Shown: positions 33,943 through 41,239 of the stretch, piece by piece | Position numbering within the stretch: position 1 is the stretch's first letter | Layout of the letters: each line of letters starts with the position of its first letter | Assembly (NCBI GenBank): GCA_019310245.1 | Contig: JAFDER010000007.1 | Coordinates: 1 to 51,828 of the forward strand | DNA from: Deltaproteobacteria bacterium | Lineage (GTDB): Bacteria > Myxococcota_A > Polyangia > DRWM01 | Length of the DNA: 51,828 nt | Direction: 5' to 3' | Program-made: the position numbers and the translations under genes | The notes under the pieces: model-generated | The model's input: only the letters and a program-made list of their open reading frames with translations | Told to the model about the DNA's origin: nothing | Databases searched by the model: none

Positions 33943-35291
33943 GCCGCGCCATGGCAGCGCTCGCCTCCCTGGCCCTGTGCCTCGGCGGCGCGGCCGCCTC
34001 GGGGGCCGCGGCTCCCGTCGAGCTGGACATCGTCATCCTCGTTGACACCTCGGAGTCGATGCAAGGATTCGGCAAGCAGGCCCTGGCCGGGTTCGCGGAC
34101 GGGCTGGGAGGCTCGAGCCGCATGGCGCTTGCCACGTTCGGAGAGGAGGCCCGGATGGTGCGGCCGCTCAGGACCGTGACGGGCAAGGACCGGGCCAGGT
34201 TGATGAAGTCCATCAGCACGCTCTCCTTCTCCTCGAGCTTCAAGGACATGGAGGGCGGCCTCACCCTCGCGCTCTCGCATCTCGTTCTTCACGCGAGGCC
34301 CGGAGCGGTGCGGGCGGTGGTGCTCGTCACCAACGGCGACGTGCTTCCGTCCGCCGGGCCCGGGACGGCGGAGGACATCGTCAAGCAGCTCACGGACGGG
34401 ATCCTGTACGAGTACCTCGTCGAGGAGATCCCGGTCCACACGGTGGCCTTCGGAGCCTCGGACGTCGATCTCATGCAGGACATCGGGTCGAGCACGGGAG
34501 GCAAGAGCCTCGTGGCGCCCGACGCGATCGCGCTCAATGACGCGCTGTCGCTGCTCTCGGCGACGCTAGCTCCCGCCGCGCCGGAGCAGCCCGCGCCCGT
34601 CCTGGCAGCCGTCGCCCGGGACAGGCCTGCGGAGTCGGACGCGAGGATGGCGTCCACGCTCGTGGCCGCGGCCGGAGGCGCCGCGGCCCTCGCGCTCGTC
34701 ATGGGCATGCTCGTGCTCGCGCTCCTGCTCGTCAACACGGTCCGGCTCGGCGCCCTGGTCAGGAGCCAGCCGCCGGCGGAGCCGAAGGGCGCCTCCGCGC
34801 CCGGCGCCTTCGCGGGCCTGCGCAAGAAGGCGGGCCGGATCACGAAGCTGCTCATGGAGGCGCGCTCGAGCATCGAGGGCTTCAACGTGGACCTCGAGGA
34901 CTACGCCGCGGAGTCGTGGGAGAAGGAGAAGGAGCTGAGCAACAGGTACCACAGCCTGGCCTCGAGCCTCTTCCTGCTCATCGACAATCTCGAGGTGCAG
35001 GAGAGGAGCGGCGGCGCGGGCGACGGCTCCGACTGGCTGGCCAGGCGAGCGCGCAAGATGCTGGCGAGGGAGGGGATCGAGGAGATCACCGTGAGCGAGG
35101 GCGACTCCTTCGACGGCATGTATCACAAGCACGCCGGAGATCGCGACGACGACCGGCCCGAGGGAGCGGTGCTCGAGGTCACCCGCAAGGGTTACTACGT
35201 CATGGGCGTCTCGCCGGACGGGGACGACATCATCCTGAGGCACGCGGAAGTCGTCGTGAGCCGCGGCAATGCAAGGCGCAGGGCGGGATGA
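33939..35291 (+). CDS. Fusion protein: signal/anchor, VWA domain, TM helix, coiled coil and GrpE-like C-terminal domain
   Basis: MSRAMAALASLALCLGGAAASG. VWA motifs VILVDTSESM...VLVTNGD. TM helix LVAAAGGAAALALVMGMLVLALLLV. The C-terminus GIEEITVSEGDSFDGMYHKHAG...VLEVTRKGYYVMG...ILRHAEVVVS aligns by eye with the GrpE beta-domain. ATGA overlap with the AAA+ gene. Confidence 0.8.
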   Translation: MSRAMAALASLALCLGGAAASGAAAPVELDIVILVDTSESMQGFGKQALAGFADGLGGSSRMALATFGEEARMVRPLRTVTGKDRARLMKSISTLSFSSSFKDMEGGLTLALSHLVLHARPGAVRAVVLVTNGDVLPSAGPGTAEDIVKQLTDGILYEYLVEEIPVHTVAFGASDVDLMQDIGSSTGGKSLVAPDAIALNDALSLLSATLAPAAPEQPAPVLAAVARDRPAESDARMASTLVAAAGGAAALALVMGMLVLALLLVNTVRLGALVRSQPPAEPKGASAPGAFAGLRKKAGRITKLLMEARSSIEGFNVDLEDYAAESWEKEKELSNRYHSLASSLFLLIDNLEVQERSGGAGDGSDWLARRARKMLAREGIEEITVSEGDSFDGMYHKHAGDRDDDRPEGAVLEVTRKGYYVMGVSPDGDDIILRHAEVVVSRGNARRRAG

Positions 35292-35307
35292 CCGCACGGA
35301 GGTGAAC

Positions 35308-37269
35308 ATGTCGAGGGCGATCGGGATAGACCTGGGAACCTACAACTCCGCGGCCTCCGTGGCCCTGGGGCGCAACCGCATCGTCATGGTCGAGAGCAGG
35401 TACGGAAGGACCCTGTACGGAAAGAGCTTCCCGTCCTTCGTGCTGTTCGACAGGCAGGGAGGCAAGCAGATGGTGGGGCAGAGGGCGCGCGAGGAGATGT
35501 CGATCAACCCGGATCTCGTCGTGTGGGGCGTCAAGCGCCTCGTGGGGCTGTCCTACCAGCAGGCGCTCGAGATGGGCGAGCTGTCCAGGTTCTCCTACGG
35601 GATCGAGGAGGGCCCGGGAGGCACCATCCTCATCAATGTGGGCGAGGAACGCTACACCCCCTCACACATCCTCGAGTTCATCCTCAGGGAGATCAAGGAG
35701 GACGCCGAGAACCCGAGGGTCAACCCCACGCTGGGAGGTCCCGTGGACGGGGCGGTCATCTCCATCCCGGCCTACTTCAAGGCCATCCGGACGGGGCCGA
35801 TCGTCGAGGCGGCCCGGCGGGCCGGGTTCGAGGAGGTGGACACCATCGCCGAGCCGACCGCTGCGGCCATCCAGTATTGCCTGGAGATCGACAGGGAGGC
35901 CAACCTGCTCGCCTTCGACATCGGAGCGGGCACGCTGGACGTGACGGTCATGCTGGTGGTCAACGAGCAGGACGAGCTCATTCCGGGCGAGTTGTGCACG
36001 TCCGGACACGAGGCCCTGGGCGGGATCGACATGGACGATGCGATCATCTCCCACGTCATCGAGACGCACGGGCTCTCGTCCCTGCGGCACGACCACACCA
36101 TGATGGCCATCCTCAAGGAGGAGGTTGAGAAGGCCAAGATCCGGCTCTCGTCGAGGACGAGGACGACGATCGAGCTCCCGCAGGGACAGTCCATCACGCT
36201 GACGAGGGACGAGCTGGAGGAGGCGCTCTCTCCGCTGCTGGCTCTCTGCCGCGGTCCGGTGAGGGTGGCCCTGCAGCAGTCCGGGCTCGAGGCCGCCGAC
36301 CTGGATCACGTGCTGTTCATCGGCGGGCCGACGCACATGCCCTGCATCCGGCGCGTGGTGCGCGAGGAGCTCGAGAAGCTCGGCGCGCGCAGCGGCGTTC
36401 TCGACGTGATGGCCGGGATGGAGGGTGGCGGACTGCCCATCGATCCCATGGAGTGCGTGGCCCGCGGCGCATCGCTCAAGGCGGGCAAGATCATCGAGCC
36501 CATCGGCAAGGTGATCGCCGAGGGCTACGGCACAATCTACGGTCCGGTCGACGGATGCGACGATTACTACGAGCCGATCATCAGGGAGAACTCGAACTAC
36601 CCCATCTCGGACAGCTCGGTGCTGTGCCACCCCGATCCGAAGGCGCTCGAGGTCCCCATCCCTCTCGTCGCCAAGCGGCCGGACGTGGAGAGGTCCACGG
36701 CCGAGAAGACCGTCTTCAGGTACGAGTACCTGGGAAACTACACGCTGAGCATCACGCCCACGGGCAAGGTGCCGTCCATCGACGTCATCCTGCAGGTCAC
36801 CGACGACAAGAGGATCGTCGCGAACCTCGTGCATGCCCAGACGCACCAGAAGGTCAGGTTCAAGGGGCTCGATCTGCTGATGGGAGAGGAGATACAGCTC
36901 CAGGAGCACACCCCGCCCGAGCGGTGGACCAAGAAGGACGTGGAGCGGTTCCGGGACACCGTGCGGCACAAGAAGAGCCGCTGGACGCGGACGCACCTCG
37001 AGCACCACATCCACGTGGCACAGGAGGCACTCGCGCTCGTCTCGGGCCCGGACAATGCCAAGGTGGTGGCTGCGATGTCCGAGGTCAGGAGCGCGGTCTC
37101 GAGGCCCGTCGAGAACGAGTACAGGTTCCCGAACGACGACTGTCCCAACATCTCGAACCGGATCAAGGAGCTGCTGGACACGCTCAGGCAGCCCGAGGTC
37201 GGCAAGATCTCCGAGGAGGAATTTCGCCGTTACCTGGACCAGCTCATCACGATCGCGCGGATGGACTGA
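35308..37269 (+). CDS. Hsp70-family chaperone, non-housekeeping paralogue
   Basis: AIGIDLGTYNS, AVISIPAYF, DTIAEPTAAAIQY, LAFDIGAGTLDVTV, LGGIDMDD, FIGGPTHMPCIRR, ECVARGASL, then a beta-sandwich-like and helical C-terminal region. GGAGG lies 5 nt before the ATG. Confidence 0.85.
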   Translation: MSRAIGIDLGTYNSAASVALGRNRIVMVESRYGRTLYGKSFPSFVLFDRQGGKQMVGQRAREEMSINPDLVVWGVKRLVGLSYQQALEMGELSRFSYGIEEGPGGTILINVGEERYTPSHILEFILREIKEDAENPRVNPTLGGPVDGAVISIPAYFKAIRTGPIVEAARRAGFEEVDTIAEPTAAAIQYCLEIDREANLLAFDIGAGTLDVTVMLVVNEQDELIPGELCTSGHEALGGIDMDDAIISHVIETHGLSSLRHDHTMMAILKEEVEKAKIRLSSRTRTTIELPQGQSITLTRDELEEALSPLLALCRGPVRVALQQSGLEAADLDHVLFIGGPTHMPCIRRVVREELEKLGARSGVLDVMAGMEGGGLPIDPMECVARGASLKAGKIIEPIGKVIAEGYGTIYGPVDGCDDYYEPIIRENSNYPISDSSVLCHPDPKALEVPIPLVAKRPDVERSTAEKTVFRYEYLGNYTLSITPTGKVPSIDVILQVTDDKRIVANLVHAQTHQKVRFKGLDLLMGEEIQLQEHTPPERWTKKDVERFRDTVRHKKSRWTRTHLEHHIHVAQEALALVSGPDNAKVVAAMSEVRSAVSRPVENEYRFPNDDCPNISNRIKELLDTLRQPEVGKISEEEFRRYLDQLITIARMD

Positions 37270-37273
37270 GCGC

Positions 37274-37879
37274 ATGGTTCCCGCCCAGGGCGCCATGATC
37301 ATCGAGCTCGTGGACGGCTGCCTCTACGAGCAGGCGCTGGGCGTGTCCTTCGACGCGAGCCGGTCGAGCGTGAACCGCAGGCACGTCAAGCTCCTGTACA
37401 GGTTCCTTGACTACCCGTCGGTGCGCGAGGCCCTCAACAGGGCCAAAAGCGTGCTCGCCTCGGAGAAGGGGCTGGACAAGGGCCGCAGGCTCGCGTCCCT
37501 GTCGCGCCATGCCGAGGCGCTGCCCTACCTGCGCGCGGCCGTGCAGGAGGGGGGAGACGTAGAGGATCACGTCCGGCTCGGCCGCGCCCTGGAGCGGCTC
37601 GAGCGGTTCGAGGAGGCCCTGCCGCACTTCGGCCGCGCCGCCTCCGAGCGGGGCCTGGCCATCGACCACCACCGTCTCGGGGCGGCCCTGTTCCATCTCG
37701 GCCGCCTCGATGATTCGCTCCCCCACCTCGAGAGGGCCGTGGAGCTGGGCCACGACATGCTGGACGAGGAGATGCTCATGTCCTGCTGGGAGAGGATCCG
37801 CCTGAGGCGCAGGCGGACGCTCGTCGACAGGGTGCGCGGCCTCGTCGCCGGGCTGCGCGCCTCGCTGGCCGGACGCTAG
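37274..37879 (+). CDS. J-domain-like (HPD-less) N-terminus plus TPR repeats (tentative)
   Basis: LYEQALGVSFDASRSSVNRRHVKLLYRFLDYPSVREALNRAKSVL follows the helix II/III pattern of J domains, but the HPD position reads LDYP. Downstream TPR-like repeats (HAEALPYLRAAVQ, RFEEALPHFGRAAS, RLDDSLPHLERAVE). Starts 4 nt after the Hsp70 stop. Confidence 0.5.
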   Translation: MVPAQGAMIIELVDGCLYEQALGVSFDASRSSVNRRHVKLLYRFLDYPSVREALNRAKSVLASEKGLDKGRRLASLSRHAEALPYLRAAVQEGGDVEDHVRLGRALERLERFEEALPHFGRAASERGLAIDHHRLGAALFHLGRLDDSLPHLERAVELGHDMLDEEMLMSCWERIRLRRRRTLVDRVRGLVAGLRASLAGR

Positions 37880-37920
37880 TCTTACGTTTCGGGCGTTCTT
37901 GATCTATTCTTCCGGATGAG

Positions 37921-39156
37921 ATGGCCGACCGGACCGATAGCATGGAGTTCGACGAGAGCGGCGTGATCCTGCCGCGCGACGAGAAGCTGCTCGAGTACGT
38001 GCGGTCCAACTCCGGCAGGTGGGTCGCGGTCAGCGCGCAGGACGGGATGCTGCTCCTGCGCAGGGCGGACAAGGGCGGCGGCGGCCGCGTGCTGATGAGC
38101 GGCGAGATCAAGCGCGAGGGCTGGCTCGTCGACATCCTCAGCTTCGTGTGCAACCAGGGGCTCACGGGCAAGATCGTGGTCGTGAGCCGCGACGTCAGGA
38201 GGGAGCTGTTCTTCGACAAGGGGCAGCTGAGGCTGGCGAGCTCGACGGCAACGGGCGATCTGCTCGGCGAGTTCATCCTGAGCGAGGGGCTCATCACCAA
38301 GGAGCAGCTCGACGCGGCGCTCAAGGAGATCGGGCCGGGCAAGAGGCTGGGGCAGGTCCTGGTCGACAAGGGCATCCTGACCCGCCACGACATCTACAAC
38401 CTGCTCAACAAGAAGGTGGAGAAGATCTTCTTCGACGCCATCGTCCTGCACGACGGCGTCTACACCTTCGACGAGGACATCGACCTGTCGAAGCTGCCCG
38501 CCTCGATCAGCATCGACACGAAAACGCTGCTGATGAAGGGCCTGACCAAGAGGGACGAGCTGACCTACTACCGGGAGACGGTACCCAGGCCCGGCGGCAT
38601 GCTCAGCAATCAGCTCAAGGCCCTGGACGCCTGCTCGAGCGTGGAGAAGGACTTCGTCTCCAAGGTCGACGGCTCGAGGACCCTCGCCGAGATCGACGAC
38701 CTGCTGCACCTGGGCGACTTCGAGACCGTCAGGATCGCCCGGAAGCTGGCATCCAAGGGCCTGCTCGTGGTCATCCTCGACAAGGAGATGGAGGCGGATG
38801 CCCTCAGGTCGGTGGTTCACGACTTCAACACCGCCATCCGCGTCATCTACGACGCGATCCAGGGCAGGGTGAAGGCGGACGAGCTGACGGAGCTGGGCAG
38901 GGAGTTCATGAGCAAGAGCACCCAGCAGCTCGAGGGGCCCGAGAAGGTCACCCTCAAGCGGACGGGTGAGTTCGACTTCCACAACGTGATGAGGATCTAC
39001 GAGGCCAGCGAGGCCAGGGAGAAGATGAACCTCATCATCATGGTCCTGAGCAGGTACATCTCCTTCATCCTCTTCACCGCGAACTCATACCTGCCCGTCA
39101 ACGAGCAGGAGAAGCTCTCCTCGAGCGTCTACGGCAATCTCGACGCCTACTCGTGA
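37921..39156 (+). CDS. DUF4388 (PATAN)-domain protein
   Basis: GEIKREGWLVDILSFVCNQGLTGKIVV...RRELFFDKGQLRLA...GDLLGEFILSEGLITKEQLDAALKE...RLGQVLVDKGILTRHDIYNLL is the typical DUF4388 pattern with MshEN-like LG-x-L motifs. Confidence 0.7.
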   Translation: MADRTDSMEFDESGVILPRDEKLLEYVRSNSGRWVAVSAQDGMLLLRRADKGGGGRVLMSGEIKREGWLVDILSFVCNQGLTGKIVVVSRDVRRELFFDKGQLRLASSTATGDLLGEFILSEGLITKEQLDAALKEIGPGKRLGQVLVDKGILTRHDIYNLLNKKVEKIFFDAIVLHDGVYTFDEDIDLSKLPASISIDTKTLLMKGLTKRDELTYYRETVPRPGGMLSNQLKALDACSSVEKDFVSKVDGSRTLAEIDDLLHLGDFETVRIARKLASKGLLVVILDKEMEADALRSVVHDFNTAIRVIYDAIQGRVKADELTELGREFMSKSTQQLEGPEKVTLKRTGEFDFHNVMRIYEASEAREKMNLIIMVLSRYISFILFTANSYLPVNEQEKLSSSVYGNLDAYS

Positions 39157-39209
39157 GCCGCGCGAACAATTTCCTGTCGATCAATAGACTACAGTGACAG
39201 GAGGGAGAC

Positions 39210-40148
39210 ATGCAGACGAGAATCCCGGCCATCATCCTGATCCTGCTTCTCGCCCCGGCCTGCGATGCCGACGGCCCCGGCACGCAATGGGACGCCCTGG
39301 ACACGGGTTTTGACCCGGCCCTGGACGCGGCCGGCGACCCGGTCTCCGACGCGGCCGAGGACGCGCCGGCGGACCCGGCGGTCGACGTGCCTGCCGACAC
39401 TCCCGCGGACACCGGAACCGACCCGATGCCGGACGACGGCTGCCTTCACCCCGATCCCGCCGGCGGATACGACCCGTCGGGAGGCTCGGGAGGCTCGACG
39501 GGTCCCGGAGGCACGTGGGACTACTCCGCCAGCTCCGGCTCCAGGCACGTCTTTGTCTACATCCCCACGTCCTACGCCCCGGACGTCACGGCCTCGCCCG
39601 TGATCTTCCTGTTCAACGAGGAGATAGGCGACTGGCGTGCCATCGCGGACGGCGATGGCATCATCCTCGTCGACCTCGACGAGTACAACGACGTCGAGGC
39701 CTACGTGGACAAGCTCAACGCGGTCGCCACCGACCTCGAGGCCGGATACAACGTGGACCGCGCGCGCTACTACTGGGCCGGGTGGAGCGCCGGCGGAAAC
39801 ATCGTCGTCATGCTGGGCGCCGGGAACCAGGACTTCCTGGCGGGCACCATGGTCTTCCCCGGCACGGGAGGCGACTACGCTCGTACCGATCTCGAGGCCA
39901 GGAGCACGGCCCACGCTTCGGATCCGTGCCTGCACATGATGGCGATGTTCTACGCCTGCGGCAGCGCCGACCCGAACTACGATTACGGCGTTCCGGTGCA
40001 GTACGAGGCCAACGCGTGGCGCGACTGGTTCGGCTACGAGACCACCTTCGTGCTCGTCGAGGGCTCGAACCACTACATCAGCGAGACCACCCACCACATC
40101 CGGCAGCAGGCTTGGGACTGGATCGAGGACCACAACCTGTACAACTGA
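39210..40148 (+). CDS. Secreted lipoprotein, esterase/depolymerase-like alpha/beta hydrolase
   Basis: ILILLLAPACD lipobox, acidic Pro/Asp linker, GxSxG in YWAGWSAGGNIVV. SD GGAGGGAG before the ATG. Confidence 0.6.
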   Translation: MQTRIPAIILILLLAPACDADGPGTQWDALDTGFDPALDAAGDPVSDAAEDAPADPAVDVPADTPADTGTDPMPDDGCLHPDPAGGYDPSGGSGGSTGPGGTWDYSASSGSRHVFVYIPTSYAPDVTASPVIFLFNEEIGDWRAIADGDGIILVDLDEYNDVEAYVDKLNAVATDLEAGYNVDRARYYWAGWSAGGNIVVMLGAGNQDFLAGTMVFPGTGGDYARTDLEARSTAHASDPCLHMMAMFYACGSADPNYDYGVPVQYEANAWRDWFGYETTFVLVEGSNHYISETTHHIRQQAWDWIEDHNLYN

Positions 40149-40238
40149 GCCCGTCGCGCCATTCGATGTGCTAACCTCTAAATATCAGGCGGGTTCGGCT
40201 GTCTAATCGAGGACCCGGACCATCGACAGGAGGAGCCC

Positions 40239-41189
40239 ATGAGGCGCGCAGGTGCGATCCTGATCATGCTCACCGTGCTCGGAGCCGCGGCTGGAGCCGG
40301 CGCCGAGGACGCGGCCGGCAGGGGCAAGCTCACCGTGGTGACCACGCCCTGGACCAAGGTCCAGGTGGACGGCGAGGAGGTGGGCAACACGCCGGTCCTG
40401 GGCCACGAGGTGGGCGCGGGCAAGCACGAGGTCACCCTCGTCAACGAGTCGTTCTCCATCTCGTTCTCGATGAGCGTGACGGTCAAGGACGGCAAGGAGA
40501 CGAAGATCTCGCACTCCTTCGAGGTCGAGACCACGAAGGGCGACGGGAGGCTGAACGTGACCACGAGCCCCTGGAGCGAGGTCCACGTGGACGGCGAGTT
40601 CCTGGGCAACACGCCCATCCAGGGCCACAAGCTCGGTCCCGGAAAGCACACGATCAAGCTGGTCAACGAGGGCCTGGGGATCTTGGAGACGCTCAGCGTG
40701 ACGATCGAGGACGGGATGGACACTACCATCTCCAAGCAGCTGGCCTCCACGCCGAAGACCGGCACGCTGAGCGTCACGGCCCATCCGTGGGCGAAGGTGT
40801 TCGTCGGCGGCGTGGAGCTCGGCAACACGCCCATCGTCAAGCACAGGCTCGAGCCCGGCAAGCACAAGGTCAAGCTCGTCAACGACGCGCTCGGCGTCAC
40901 GAAGACCTTCACCGTCAAGATCACGAAGGGCCAGGACACCAAGCTCGTCAAGAACCTCAACAAGAAGGGCGTCAAGGGCCCCCAGGGCACGCTGAGCGTC
41001 ACCACCACGCCCTGGACCACCGTGTACGTTGACGGCAAGAAGGTGGGGAACAGCCCGCTCATCAAGCACAAGCTCAAGGCCGGCAAGCACACTGTCAAGC
41101 TCGTCAACAAGGATCTCGAGATCCAGAAGGTCTTCAAGGTCACGATCAAGAAGGGCGAGGACACGCAGATCGTCAAGAACCTCCTCTAG
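40239..41189 (+). CDS. Secreted protein with four PEGA domains
   Basis: Signal peptide, then four repeats of the form G-x-L-x-V-x-T-x-P-W-(x)-V-x-V-D-G-x-x-(L/V)-G-N-T-P-...-G-K-H-x-V-K-L-V-N. Confidence 0.8.
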   Translation: MRRAGAILIMLTVLGAAAGAGAEDAAGRGKLTVVTTPWTKVQVDGEEVGNTPVLGHEVGAGKHEVTLVNESFSISFSMSVTVKDGKETKISHSFEVETTKGDGRLNVTTSPWSEVHVDGEFLGNTPIQGHKLGPGKHTIKLVNEGLGILETLSVTIEDGMDTTISKQLASTPKTGTLSVTAHPWAKVFVGGVELGNTPIVKHRLEPGKHKVKLVNDALGVTKTFTVKITKGQDTKLVKNLNKKGVKGPQGTLSVTTTPWTTVYVDGKKVGNSPLIKHKLKAGKHTVKLVNKDLEIQKVFKVTIKKGEDTQIVKNLL

Positions 41190-41239
41190 TCTCGCCCTGA
41201 CCCTTGTCGTACAATGGATCTCCCTCCAGGGAGCATGAG

